Origin: Thecamonas trahens ATCC 50062
Lineage: Eukaryota; Protista; Apusomonadida
NCBI RefSeq assembly: GCF_000142905.1
Contig: NW_013657637.1
Coordinates: 62,001 to 126,000, forward strand
Direction: 5' to 3'
Length of the DNA stretch: 64,000 nt
Shown here: positions 11,035 to 22,346 of the stretch, piece by piece
Position numbering within the stretch: the first letter of the stretch is position 1
Layout of the letters: the number at the start of each line of letters is the position of its first letter
Made by a program: the position numbers and the translations under genes
The notes under the pieces: generated by a model
Told to the model about the DNA's origin: nothing
The model's input: only the letters and a program-made list of their open reading frames with translations
Database searches by the model: none

Positions 11035-13056
11035 CTAAACAGATCGGCTCGCCAGCTTTGAGAGCTCCAACAGGTGGATGCTGCAGTCGGCAGATATGGT
11101 GGCGATGACGCAATGGTCTTCGTCCAAGTTATCGGAGCGATAGATGGCAAGCCCTTCGACAGAGCCAGCGTGGATGCGGGCAGTCCACGATGGGTTTCCG
11201 ATGTCGCCGTCCCAGGGAGTGGAGAAGCAGCCGATATCGGCGGTGAGAACGTAGCCGTTCTGGCTGACGGCGACAACAGTGCGATCGCCGACAAGCGCGG
11301 CGTATGTGAGAGTATGCCACTGCGGAATGGCAATGCTCGAAGTGATCCGCGCCGTGTTGACCACTGACACCTGCTCGCTGGTCTCGGACAAGGCAATGCT
11401 GAATGCGTTGATGACGCAGTCGTCGCTGACCGAGATGAGCGTCGAGGCCTGAGGCGAGCCGCGCCAATCAATGGCCGTTACCGCCCTTGTGTGCGCCCGA
11501 ACAATGGCGTGGTCGCAGGTTATGCCCTTGCCATCGCGCGCCACCGAATGAATGCGGATGGTCTGATCCTCGGATCCAGTCGCCAGCCAGCGGATCTCGC
11601 CGGTCGCTGGCCCGATCGCCACCGTCCACACCTCGCAGAAGAGCTCAATAGAGCCAAACAGCGGAGTGGCCTTGCCAGTAGGATGAGCAATGGTTTGCGA
11701 AATCACAAGCTCGCTCTCCATGTCCAAGATCGCCAGCTCTCCGCTAGTCGTGCCTGCTGCGAGCAGCGACGGTGCGAGCCAACCAAAGCACGTCACGCCG
11801 CCGGCAGCCTTGGCCACCACCCGCGGTTTGCCTACATCAGCAACATCCCAGCGCAAGATAGCTCCCTCCAGAGTGCCAACTACCAGTGCGCAGCTGTCTG
11901 GCGTCCAGATCAGAGCGCGGACAGGCGCTTCGATGCTGGACACGGTCAAGCTAGAAAGAGCCGCCTCGTCGCAATCAAAGACGTGAACGCCGCCAACCAG
12001 ATCACCGCCGGCAACACATGATCCATCAGGGGCAATTGCCACGCCGCAGCCAACCATGCAGAGGCCAGCTGCGGAGGCTAGCTGTTTCCCATGAGCGTCG
12101 ACAACCACCAACCCGTGCTCGCTCAACAGCGCCAGACGGTCTTCCGGAAGCGCGCTGAGGGCAAAGACAACTGACGGCCGCATGTCCAGTGCAACCATCC
12201 GGACCAGCTGGCCATCGTGCCGATGACCTGCCACTCGCGCGTCATCGCATGGGATGTAGACTACCTCATCGCGTGGCCCAAGAGCCATCGATCGTGGCGC
12301 GCCCGAGCCTGCTGCCCTCCATCCCGTCGCGCTGCCAGCATCGGTGAGAACAAATACCACGCGGGCTCCGGTGACGGCAGCAACCGCCGATGAGCCCGGG
12401 ATCCGGCAAGATGCCGTAAATCGAGCATTACTTGCCCCGTCAGGCGTCAAGGGCAGTAGATTCATGACAGCGAGCGAGCCAGCGTCGGTGTCGACGACGG
12501 CCACCTCTGGTGCGTCTGAGAGTGCGTTGCGGCCAAAGACCACAAGGCCGGCGCTGTTGAGCCAGGTGCAGCCGTCTGCAGCAACCATCGGAATAAATCT
12601 GGTCTGATGAAGAGTCTCTTCTCCGACGGCGATGATGTGCAGCCCGTGCGACTCGGCCACGACAGCCAGTAGTGCGCCATCAGGCGACCATGCGGCCTCT
12701 AGCGTCCGTCCGAGCGGATCGAGGACGAGTGGCTCACCCAGAGCCGACCAGCCACCCGTGTCATCCCAGAGCGCCAGCTCGCCATCATCCGAGACTGTGA
12801 TGAAGCGATGATCATGGGTCGGATCACGGACTAGGGCCACAATCAGCGCGTTGTGAGCGGCAAACGATGCGCGGAAGCTCAGTTCGGCGCCAACGTGTGT
12901 CGCAATCACTGTGTCGCGAACGCGACCACCCGCGGGAGCCACCATCCGCAAGCTCTTTCCTCCGGCAATGGACTCAAAGACAACTGCGTTGTGGCGGGCA
13001 GCAGGTATGCCATAGCTATGGGTATGGCGAGGCGTCTGTGCTGTGTAAGCTGCCAT
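11035..13056 (-). CDS. WD40-repeat protein (probably double beta-propeller)
   Basis: Repeated WD-type blades: FITVSDDGELALWD, LVVGTLEGAILRWD, LATGSEDQTIRIH, HTRAVTAIDW, ATISADCSIHL. Confidence 0.8.
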   Translation of the reverse strand: MAAYTAQTPRHTHSYGIPAARHNAVVFESIAGGKSLRMVAPAGGRVRDTVIATHVGAELSFRASFAAHNALIVALVRDPTHDHRFITVSDDGELALWDDTGGWSALGEPLVLDPLGRTLEAAWSPDGALLAVVAESHGLHIIAVGEETLHQTRFIPMVAADGCTWLNSAGLVVFGRNALSDAPEVAVVDTDAGSLAVMNLLPLTPDGASNARFTASCRIPGSSAVAAVTGARVVFVLTDAGSATGWRAAGSGAPRSMALGPRDEVVYIPCDDARVAGHRHDGQLVRMVALDMRPSVVFALSALPEDRLALLSEHGLVVVDAHGKQLASAAGLCMVGCGVAIAPDGSCVAGGDLVGGVHVFDCDEAALSSLTVSSIEAPVRALIWTPDSCALVVGTLEGAILRWDVADVGKPRVVAKAAGGVTCFGWLAPSLLAAGTTSGELAILDMESELVISQTIAHPTGKATPLFGSIELFCEVWTVAIGPATGEIRWLATGSEDQTIRIHSVARDGKGITCDHAIVRAHTRAVTAIDWRGSPQASTLISVSDDCVINAFSIALSETSEQVSVVNTARITSSIAIPQWHTLTYAALVGDRTVVAVSQNGYVLTADIGCFSTPWDGDIGNPSWTARIHAGSVEGLAIYRSDNLDEDHCVIATISADCSIHLLELSKLASRSV

Positions 13057-13521
13057 CGCGAGAGAGATGTGCGTGTAGGCGATCGGCGGGTGGCTTTGCG
13101 CCGTCTCAAGCAGCACAGATGAACTCACTGCACCAAGCAGCCTCAACCCATGTGACGCAACCCATGAGATGATTGCACTTTCCTATACAATTGCCTCGAT
13201 TTCCAGCCTCTAGATCGTCCGCATCTGCCCTGCCACACCTCCATCACTCTGCCCATCTCCCGGCGAGAGAAGTCGAGCGACCGACAGCGTGGAAAGCGAG
13301 CCAAATGCTGGCACCGCCCGCCCCGCCCAGCTACAGCCCCCCCCCTCCTCCTCCCCTCGACCACCAGGCCCACCCACACCCCCACACCCCCCCCCACACA
13401 CACCACTCCAGCAAACCTGCAGCAGCAAGAGTTCGGACAGCGGGACTGGGACGAAGCACTTCGACCTTTGATTACCTTGACTCTCAGCACAAGACACTTG
13501 AGCTAAGCAAGTGACCTCAGC

Positions 13522-14796
13522 ATGTCTGGAGGACGTCGGTACCACGGGGAGCGAGGCCAAGGTGGCGGCAGCGGGGGCAACAGCCACCACGGCAACGACA
13601 ATCACCACCATTCACGTAGCCGACATGGTGGACGTCGTGGTCGTGGTGGTGGTGGTGGTGGTGGACGTCATGGTGGTGGACGTCATGGTGGACGTGGTCG
13701 AAGGGATGGTGGTGGTCATAAGGCCTCGGGTCTTATGGTCTTCTCCTCCTTGGACAATGGTGAGCCTGTTGTCCTGCTCTGCCAGCGGAAGGATACGCCC
13801 GTACGTCATGTCATGTCCGAGTGTGGAGAGACCCCCCCTGGGTGGGGGGGGGGGGGGAGGAGGGGGGGAGGAGGGGGGGNNNNNNNNNNNNNNNNNNNNN
13901 NNNNNNNNNNNNNNNNNNNNNNNNNNNNNNNNNNNNNNNNNNNNNNNNNNNNNNNNNNNNNNNNNNNNNNNNNNNNNNNGGGGGGGTACACTCATGGTTG
14001 TTGGAGGGCGGACTGGTGCTATGGTGCCATGGTGCTGTGGTGGGTGGCTGCGGGTGTGGTGGCTGTGGGGCGTGGTGGTGGGCTCGCTTGGCCGGCTGGT
14101 CGGGAACTGGTGGCCGTGGCTGTGTTTGATGTGGGTGGCCGGGGGTGGCGGGGGATGGGCATGGTTTTGTATGGTATGGTTGCTGCTGTGTGGGAACAGG
14201 CGTTCTTCTCGTTCCTTCTCTCTTCGCAGGTTGGGCGGCAGTTCAAGTACGCGGAGGAGTTCCCGCTGATGTCGCGCGAGGAGCTGACGACGCTGGCCGA
14301 GATGCAGGACATTTCGGTCTTCTGGGACGCGTACTGGAAGCACAAGAAGCCTGTGCTCTCCGAGGCCGCCAAGATGTTCTGCGACTCGCCCAAACTCGGC
14401 AACGCTGCCCGCCGGGTACTGGCTTGGATTGACGCCGGCCGACTGCCGGAAAAGTACCCGTTCTGGGGCGTGCCGCGCGGCCGCAAGCGCCCGCGCAGCG
14501 ACATCAACTACTCGGCGGTGGCCGGCGACTTTGAGCTCCAGATTGGCCTCTCGCCGAGTGACTACTCGCTCGTCACCACCGTTGATCCGTACCAGGACCG
14601 TTACAACGTGGTCTTTTACGCTCATGCCGACGCGCCTTACGAGCTCCCCGAGCCGGTCGACTCGCCTGACGTCCGTGCCCGCCGCTGGTGCACCCGCGCC
14701 GAGGCCGAGGACCTTCTTGCCGGCGACCACGACGTCCAGCAGGAGCGCCTCGACATGGTTCTCCAGGGCTTTGACAACATGGCCGCCATCCTCTAG
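13522..14796 (+). CDS. Nudix-fold protein of the NCLDV mRNA-decapping type (ASFV g5R/D250R-like) with degenerate Nudix box and RGG/Gly-His-rich N-terminus; exons 13522-13800 and 14200(or 14230)-14796
   Basis: Colinear blocks SGLMVF / LLCQRKDTP-AFFSFL / MSREE...FWDAYW / FWGVPRGRK...AVAGDFELQIGLSPSDY / DVRARRW. Donor GTACGT at 13801; in-frame CAG acceptors at 14199 and 14229. Confidence 0.7.
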   Translation: MSGGRRYHGERGQGGGSGGNSHHGNDNHHHSRSRHGGRRGRGGGGGGGRHGGGRHGGRGRRDGGGHKASGLMVFSSLDNGEPVVLLCQRKDTPVRHVMSECGETPPGWGGGGRRGGGGGXXXXXXXXXXXXXXXXXXXXXXXXXXXXXXXXXXGGYTHGCWRADWCYGAMVLWWVAAGVVAVGRGGGLAWPAGRELVAVAVFDVGGRGWRGMGMVLYGMVAAVWEQAFFSFLLSSQVGRQFKYAEEFPLMSREELTTLAEMQDISVFWDAYWKHKKPVLSEAAKMFCDSPKLGNAARRVLAWIDAGRLPEKYPFWGVPRGRKRPRSDINYSAVAGDFELQIGLSPSDYSLVTTVDPYQDRYNVVFYAHADAPYELPEPVDSPDVRARRWCTRAEAEDLLAGDHDVQQERLDMVLQGFDNMAAIL

Positions 14797-14836
14797 CCAC
14801 CGGCTAGCTCCACCGTAAATTGCGCACCTCGCAGCC

Positions 14837-15463
14837 CTACTTGATGGCCTGGCCGACAGGCAGCCTCCGCAGCAAGGCTCGACCGGCCACGCTCGTCTCC
14901 TGCAGCATCTTCTTCAGCACTGCTCTCCTCCACAGCTCGCGATTGAGGGCCTCGGCACGGTAGGTGAGGCCGACGCGGACCCGCCGCGCCACATCGACGG
15001 CAGGATAGATGGCGCCGTTGTTGACAACATGCGTGTGTGCCATGGTCGGCCACCCCGCACTCGTACCCTCGTCCGCATCCTCATTCCCATCACCAGCGGC
15101 AGCCCCAGCCACCGACCCCGTTCCGCTTGTCGACGGATCAGCCCGACGACGCACCGCCGCCGTCCGCGCACGCGCCAACAGCCCAGCCATGGTAAAGGCC
15201 GATTCCGGCTGAAGCACCCGCAGACCGTTCGCCGCCGCATTCACCAGAACCTCTGGCACCAGATCATCGGGAGGGGCTAACGGCGCACCGCCACTACCGC
15301 CACCACCACCGCCTCCGCCACCGCCGCATCCGCCGCCACCGCCGCATCCGTCGTGTGCCGGCGGAGCGTCAAACTCGCGACAGCCCACGGAAGCGCCTCC
15401 GTCTCTGGCCTCTCTCCTCCTGCCATCACCCCATGCTCTCCGTGCAGCAACTGACCGCGACAT
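14837..15463 (-). CDS. hypothetical protein (about 208 aa)
   Basis: ORF from MSRSVAARR with a globular-looking C-terminal half; the longer track ORF merely reads through the minisatellite. Confidence 0.5.
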   Translation of the reverse strand: MSRSVAARRAWGDGRRREARDGGASVGCREFDAPPAHDGCGGGGGCGGGGGGGGGGSGGAPLAPPDDLVPEVLVNAAANGLRVLQPESAFTMAGLLARARTAAVRRRADPSTSGTGSVAGAAAGDGNEDADEGTSAGWPTMAHTHVVNNGAIYPAVDVARRVRVGLTYRAEALNRELWRRAVLKKMLQETSVAGRALLRRLPVGQAIK

Positions 15464-15594
15464 ACCCACACACGCTCGCTCTCGCTCTTTCCCTCTCTCT
15501 CGCTCTCTCTCTCCCACCAGTCCTTGCCCCAAGCCCGTGACTGCCTCGTCCTTGTGGAGTCGGCTGTGGTCGCCTGCGATCGACGGGAAGACGC

Positions 15595-16262
15595 GGTCGG
15601 TCACTGGGTCGGTCACTGGGTCGGGCACTGGGTCGGTCACTGGGTCGGGCACTGGGTCGGGCACTGGGTCGATCACTCTGTCGATCACTCTGTCGATCAC
15701 TCTGTCGATCACTCTGTCGATCACTCTGTCGGTCACTGGGTCGATCACTCTGTCGGTCACTCTGTCGATCACTGGGTCGGTCACTCGGTCGGTCACTGGG
15801 TCGATCGCTCTGTCGATCACTGGGTCGGTCACTCTGTCGATCACTGGGTCGGTCACTCTGTCGATCACTGGGTCGATCACTCGGTCGATCACTCTGTCGA
15901 TCACTGGGTCGATCACTCTGTCGATCACTCTGTCGATCACTCTGTCGATCACTCGGTCGGTCACTCGGTCGGTCACTCGGTCGGTCACTCTGTCGATCAC
16001 TCTGTCGGACACTCGGTCGGTCACTCGGTCGATCACTCTGTCGATCACTGGGTCGATCACTCGGTCGATCACTCTGTCGATCACTCTGTCGATCACTCTG
16101 TCGGACACTCGGTCGGTCACTCGGTCGATCACTCTGTCGATCACTGGGTCGATCACTGGGTCGGGCACTCGGTCGGTCACTGGGTCGGTCACTGGGTCGG
16201 GCACTGGGTCGATCACTCTGTCGATCACTCGGTCGGTCACTCGGTCGGTGACTCGGTCGGTC
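15595..16262. repeat. 12-bp minisatellite, about 55 units, GTCG(A/G)(T/G)CACT(CT/GG/CG)
   Basis: Direct inspection of tandem units such as gtcgatcactct and gtcggtcactgg. Confidence 0.95.
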
Positions 16263-16358
16263 GCCCGCCCACCGCCGTCGTTCCCCACTTCCCCCTTTCC
16301 CTTCCCTTGCCCTCCTCCAATCCCCCCCCTGCCCACCTCACTCCCTGCACCCATCACC

Positions 16359-17138
16359 ATGGCGACCATTCCTGACTTTGACAACGAGAAGCAGATTATT
16401 GAGGTATGTATACGGGTGCTGGTTTGGGTGGGGGTGGGGGGGGGGGGGGGCTGGGAGGTGGGGGGGGTGGGGGGGATGGGGGCGGCAAGGGCGGGAGTGC
16501 GACATGGGTGGTGGGGGTGGGGATGGAGAAGGAGAGAGAGGAATGGGTGGGGAAGTGAATGGAAGGGGTACTCATGGATGTGTTCCGGGAGGGCAATGGC
16601 TGTGTAGTACTACCAGTCGCTGCAGCAGGAGTACCAGAGCATACAGCAGAAGATTGTGGAGATCGAGTCGGACCTCCGCGAGCACGAGTAGGTGATGATG
16701 ATGCTGGTGGCGATGATGACGCTGGTGGGAGTGGGGGTGGTCATAGAGAAGGAGGGGAATGATGATCGGCATGGACGGGGGGGAGGGGGAGGGGGGGGAA
16801 GTGGCGTGGTAACTCATTGGATGGGTGTGGTTTCGGGCGCTAGGCTGGTGGTCACCGCCCTGGCCGACATGGACGACTCGCGGCGGTGCTACCGGCTCGT
16901 GGGTGGAGTCATGGTCGAGCGGACCGTCGGACAGGTGGTGCCGGCGGTGGAGAAGAACAAGGCTGGCATTGAAGATCTGATCGAGAAGATGGGCCAGCAG
17001 CTGGACATCAAGGGCACCATGATCAAGGCCGTCCAGGAGAAGTACAACATCCGGTTCCGCGACTCGCGCGCTGCCCAGCAGGCCGACGTCGGTGCCGCGT
17101 CGTCGCAGTCGGACACCCGTTCCGGCGTCCTCGCCTAA
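16359..17138 (+). CDS. PFDN2: prefoldin subunit 2; exons 16359-16403, 16608-16687, 16844-17138
   Basis: Spliced product ...QKIVEIESDLREHELVVTALADMDDSRRCYRLVGGVMVERTVGQVVPAV matches the PFDN2 signature. Confidence 0.92.
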
Positions 17139-17214
17139 GCGAGTGCTCTCTGTATCCGCCTTTAAACTCTCCACATCTGCTAGCTGCAAGCTCCGACAAT
17201 GCACGGACTAAATC

Positions 17215-20200
17215 TCACAGGTTCGCGCCCTGCTGCGCCCGCAACGCCTCGAGCTCGACACGCTGCAACTCGATCTGCTCGACGAGCCCGGGAAGCTGCT
17301 CCTTGTACATCTGCTTGTACAAGTCACGGTCGGCGCGAATGTCCTCGATGGTCTCTTCCTTCTCGCCGATGATCTCCAGCGCGGCGTTGAGCCGCCGCTC
17401 GATCTCGGCCGTGCGCCCGGCGAAAGCCTCGAGCTGGTGGACTCGCTCGGCGAGGGCCTCGGCCGAGGCATTTGACTCGACAAGGCGGTCCTCCAGAAAC
17501 TGCCGGGTCTGGCTCAGCGACGACATGTGCCGCTTGAGCGCCTCGATCTCGTCACCTTGCAGCTTGGCCCTGGCGAGCATGGTTTCCAGTGCCGATGCCG
17601 AGAGCATCGCCCCGTCCGTCTCCGAAATGGTGACCGAGCCGCCGCCGGTGCCTGCATCAGTGCGGGCGGCCGGAAGCGCGGGTGTGGCGGACTGGCTCAC
17701 CGCCGCCACCGCACCTACCACCGTCGGCGGCGGGCGCTGGCGCTGCAGCTCCGAGTATGCGTTGCGCAGTGTGTCGAGGTCGGCCGAGAGACTGGAGACC
17801 CGCTCGCGTAGCTGGAGTGTCTCCATCGATGCTTCGCGAGTAGCCGCTGCCACCGCTGCCGCCTGCTGTGCCCGCGCCTCGGCCGCTGCTGCCGACGCAG
17901 CCGCAGCTGCGGCCCGTGCAGCGCGGATCTCATCGCGAGCCTCGGCTGAGGCTGCCTCGGCCGCTGCCGCTCGCTCCTCGGCCGCTGCAACCTCAGTCCG
18001 GAGCGCGTCGGCGGTAGCGGTCGCTGCTGCCGACTCGGTGGTGGCGGCTTCGACCCGAGCGCGGGCCTCGGCCTCTGCCGAGGCTGCAGCCGCCGCTGCA
18101 GCGGCAGCCTCGGCGAGCTTGGCCGACAGCGACGCCTCCATCGACTCGAGGAGAGCATCCTTCTCAGCGGCTGCGTTCTGCAGCGCCTCGATGCGGCGGA
18201 CGAGCGGGCGGGTGGCCGCTGGGATAGAAAAGGCGGCCTCTTCGTTCCGCGATGCCTCCTCCTCCAACCGCAGCTGCAGGTCCTGGATTATGCGCTGGTG
18301 CTTGTCTTCTGCCCGCGACGCGTTCTCCTGTGCGCGACGGAGCGAGTCGCGAAGGTCCTCGATGGCATGCTCGAGCGAGCGGACCTGGCTGGCGTGGGTC
18401 TTGTCGGCGGCTGCCACGGCGTCGGCAACAGCCTGCTCACGCGAGGTGGCCCCGTCGGCTCGCGCAGCCTCGAGTTCGGCCTTGAGCTGGGTCACCGTCT
18501 TGTGCTGGACCGAGAGCTCGGCCCAGGCCTTGTCGAGTGCCTGCTGCAGGTTGGCGGCCTTGGCGTTGGCCATGTTGAGGTCGCGCTCTTTGGTCGAAAG
18601 CTCAACCGACTGGGTCTCCGCAACCATAGAGACTTGGCCCATCGACTCGGAGTAGTTGCGCTCGGCCTCTTCCAACTCGGCCACCCGCGCCTCAAGCTCA
18701 GCTACCCGCGACTGCGCGGCGTCGAGAGCACTCGTCGCCTTGGATGCCTCGGTTTTGAGCTCCTTCTCCTTTCCGCGCAGCGTCTTGACAAGACCCTCGA
18801 GGCGGGCAATGTTCTTGGACCACGACTCGCCCTCAAGCTTGAGATCGGCTATGGATGCCTCCAGCTCGGCATTGCGCTCCTGGAGCTTGGACAGCGGTGT
18901 GGTAGAAGCAGCAGCGGTCTTCAGTGCGTCGCGCTCGGCCTGCGTCGCCTGCAGCTCCTTCTCCACCACGAACAGCCGCTTGGCAAACTCGTCGGCCAGG
19001 TCTTCGTTGAGCATCTCGGCCTCAAGCTTCTCGTTCTCCAGTGCACCCATGCGGGCGGCGAGCGTTGCAAGCTGCTCTTCGCGGGCCGCCAGCAGAGCGC
19101 CGAGCTCCTCAACCTTGGCTGACGCCGCATTAACTGCCTCTGGAGGCACCATCGTCGTCGGATGCAGCTCTTGGTCCGTCTCGGCCACAGTCTCAGCCTC
19201 AGCCTCGGCCTCAACTTCGCGCGCTGGCTCCGGCTCGGCCTTGACCTCGGGCATAGACTCAATCTGGGGCATAGGTTCGGCCTCGACCGTGGGCTCTGGC
19301 TCGGCCTCGACCTCGGGTGTTGACTTTGGCTCGGCCTCGACCTCGACCGTGGGCTCTGGTTCGGCCTCAACCTCGGGCCCTGTCTCTGGCTCGGCCTCGA
19401 CCTCGACCGTGGGCTCTGGCTCGGCCTCGACCTCGGGTGTTGACTCTGGTTCGGCCTCGACCTCGGGCCCTGACTCTGGTTCGGCCTCGACCTCGGGCCC
19501 TGTCTCTGGCTCGGCCTCGACCTCGGGCCCTGGCTCTGGCTCGGCCTCGACCTCGGGCCCTGTCTCTGGCTCGGCCTCGACCTCGGGCCCTGTCTCTGGC
19601 TCGGCCTCGACCTCGGGCCCTGACTCTGGCTCGGCCTCGACCTCGGGCCCTGTCTCTGGCTCGGCCTCGACCTCGGGCCCTGACTCGGCTTCGACCTCGG
19701 GCATAGGCTCAACCTCAACCATGGACTTCGGCTCGACCTCGACTTCGGGCTCAGGCACAGTCTTGGGCGTTGGCTCAAGCTCGGATTCGACCTCAGGCTC
19801 CGGTGTCGGTTCTTGCTTGATCTCAGCGCTAGCGTCAGCCTCAACATTACCATGAGCATCACCACCTGCAGCCCCAGCCTCAGAATCGGCCTCGGCAACT
19901 TTCTGCTTAGGCTCTGCAGGCGCCTCAAGCGTCCGCTGAGGGGTAAAGACTAATGGGGCCTTGCGTGCCGTGGCCGCGGGCGACGCGGGCGAAGCTGAGA
20001 CCGTCGGCGAGCTGTTGACCGAGGTCGCAGCTGCTGTGGCCACCACCCTCGGAGAAGACACAGCAGTCACAGGCGATTGCTTCAGCTGAGGTACACTCCT
20101 TGTTGTTGTCGGCTGTGGGGAGAGGCCCATGGCGGCAAACAGGTCTACCGAGCCCGAGTTCGATCTCGGGCTCATCGAGCCCATCGAGCCCATCGAGCCC

Positions 20201-20708
20201 ATCGAGCCCATCGAGCCCATCGATCCCGTCAAGGTGACCTCCTCATGTCGATCAGCGCCACCATGCCCATTCCCACCAGCTGCCCCTCCACCACACCACC
20301 ACTCTCACCACCCACGCCATCGACCTCTTCTGCCACGTCGTCCTTGCCACCCTTGCTCACCGGCGACTCTACCCACACCATCACCACCACCACCCGCCAC
20401 ACTCTGTGAGCCATCATATCCCACACACACACACACACTCTCTCTCTCTCTCCGTGCCCTTCTCCAAGTCATGCTTGTGCGTACGTGGCAGAGTGGCGCC
20501 ATCTTCGATGCCCAGGCTCTTGTCAATGCTGTGCGAGTGGGGGGGACGGGAGGGGAGGGGGGGGGGGGGGCGAGAGGGTGACATGGAGTGAGTGCATGGG
20601 CATAGGGGACAGGAGGGGAAGGGTACGGAAGGGGTGCAGGTAAGGGGGTATGTGGCTCACGTACGTCTGCTCAACCTTCTTCAGTGCTTTCTTGAACCAT
20701 GCAGACAT
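17215..20708 (-). CDS. TMF1: TMF1/Sgm1 golgin (TATA element modulatory factor); exons about 20708-20665, 20529-20485, 20279-17215
   Basis: C-terminal [29 protein letters not shown]; [10 protein letters not shown] and [17 protein letters not shown] motifs; spliced N-terminus [22 protein letters not shown]; long coiled coil. Confidence 0.88.
19285..19705. repeat. 30-bp coding tandem repeat ([10 protein letters not shown]) within TMF1
   Basis: Repeated tgtctctggctcggcctcgacctcgggccc units. Confidence 0.9.
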
Positions 20709-21243
20709 GGCGTCTCGCTCCTCGAAGACGACAGTGCTGCCGTATGTGTGCTTTGTCACCGATTGGGTGGTCGGCACGTCACCTGACAAGGGTGGGGCGG
20801 CGGTGGGGCGGCGGTGGGGATGGCTTCAGATCACCACGGTGGACGATCTGGGTCATCGGGATGGGGAATCGCCATGTCAAGGTGATGATGGTGGTGGTGA
20901 TGGTGAATGGGTGACCAGCATCAGCATCGGCGGTGGCCGGGCCTGGCAACGAGCAGGCGAGGCGAAGGCACGATCTGGATCAGGGGGGGGGGGGGGGATG
21001 GGGGATATCAAGAGGACACGGACATGATGGCTGGCGATGACGCGTGAGTGTGGACAACGGAATGGCATGGCCATCGGTGTCAGCTCTGAAATCAGTCCGC
21101 GCCAACACCGGGTCATGCCAGCGGCCACCGCCACCACCTCGCTCACACTCACACACAACCAGCCATCATCATCACTTGCCCACACACACACACACACACA
21201 TACAGACACACATACATCACCTCTTTACAGCATCCCTATCCAC

Positions 21244-22344
21244 ATGGCAATTGCACCATATCAGCCGATCTATGATCAGCCATCTCGTAGACTCCGCGCG
21301 CCGATGGAAGCCCGGCTCGGCACGGGCGTGACGTGTCTCGGGCCGGCTGCGGCTGGGCCCGGGGACGAGGCCGAGTGCACGCTGTGCTTCGGAGCAGTAG
21401 CCATCGGAGCAGAAGGCGAAGGCGTGGTGCTGTATCCGTGCGGGCATGTGCTGTGCGCAGGCTGCGTGATGGACGCCATGGTTCACTTTGTCAATGCCTC
21501 GTCGCACCGGCAGATCAAGTGCATGGGCGCCGCCGGCGGATGCACTGCCACGCTGGCAGCAGCGCATAGCCAGATCGAGGCACTTGCCGTCGCCCGCCCG
21601 GATCTCGACGCGTGGTCTTTGCTGGCCAAGTACACTCGCGCTCTGGTCGTCCGCGAACTTGCCGCAAGTGCACGGTTCGTCTGGTGCGCCGGGCCAGGCT
21701 GCGGCAGTGGCGCGGTCATCGATGCCGGGCCCGAGTGCGAGAGCAGCGCGCCCTTCTTTATGGATTGCGCCGAGTGCGGGGCACAGACGTGCACAGGGTG
21801 TGAGCAGCACGCTGACATGCATCGCCAGCCACTGTGGCGGGTGGCGCTGCAGTGGATTGGCCGCGGCGGTCCACGTGGCGCCTGCCCGATGTCTGCGGCG
21901 TCGGACGTCGAGTCCGAGGCCTGGATCCGGGCCAACGCCATCGCGTGCCCCTCATGCGGCGTAGCGCTGGTACGAGCAGGCGGCTGTCGCCATGCTCAGT
22001 GCAGCGTCTGCCGCGCCGAGGCCTGCTTTGAGTGCGGCGAGGCGTACCACCCGCTGCCGACCCGCCGATGCACCCCTCGCGACACGCTGCCGTTTGGCCC
22101 AGGCACCCTCGCCGCTGCCCAGCCTCTGCCATCCGCTATTAAGTGGCGCACCAGCGCCGGACCGCTCGCCGTCCTCGCCCTTCTGCTCCTTGCCTACGCC
22201 GCCATCTTTGTCGGCCTCGCCCGCACCCTCCACTCGCCGATCCTGGGCCTTGCCGCTGCCATGACTGGGCCGATGGCTCTCGCCGGCCGCCGCGCCTGGC
22301 GAAGCCTGCAGGCCTCGCGGCGTGCGCCGATCTTGGCGCTGTAG
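21244..22344 (+). CDS. RBR (RING-IBR-RING) E3 ubiquitin ligase with C-terminal TM segments
   Basis: RING1 CTLC..CGHVLCAGC; IBR WCAGPGC..CAEC..CTGC..H; RING2 CPSC..GGCRHAQCSVC; hydrophobic C-terminus. Confidence 0.88.
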   Translation: MAIAPYQPIYDQPSRRLRAPMEARLGTGVTCLGPAAAGPGDEAECTLCFGAVAIGAEGEGVVLYPCGHVLCAGCVMDAMVHFVNASSHRQIKCMGAAGGCTATLAAAHSQIEALAVARPDLDAWSLLAKYTRALVVRELAASARFVWCAGPGCGSGAVIDAGPECESSAPFFMDCAECGAQTCTGCEQHADMHRQPLWRVALQWIGRGGPRGACPMSAASDVESEAWIRANAIACPSCGVALVRAGGCRHAQCSVCRAEACFECGEAYHPLPTRRCTPRDTLPFGPGTLAAAQPLPSAIKWRTSAGPLAVLALLLLAYAAIFVGLARTLHSPILGLAAAMTGPMALAGRRAWRSLQASRRAPILAL

Positions 22345-22346
22345 AG

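Noticed and set aside
15524-16607. Long ORFs through the 12-bp array (VDHS/SITL/VIDR repeats) as real proteins or a CRISPR-like array
   Set aside because: The frames are open only because the unit lacks stops. There are no unique spacers or cas genes, and the context is eukaryotic.
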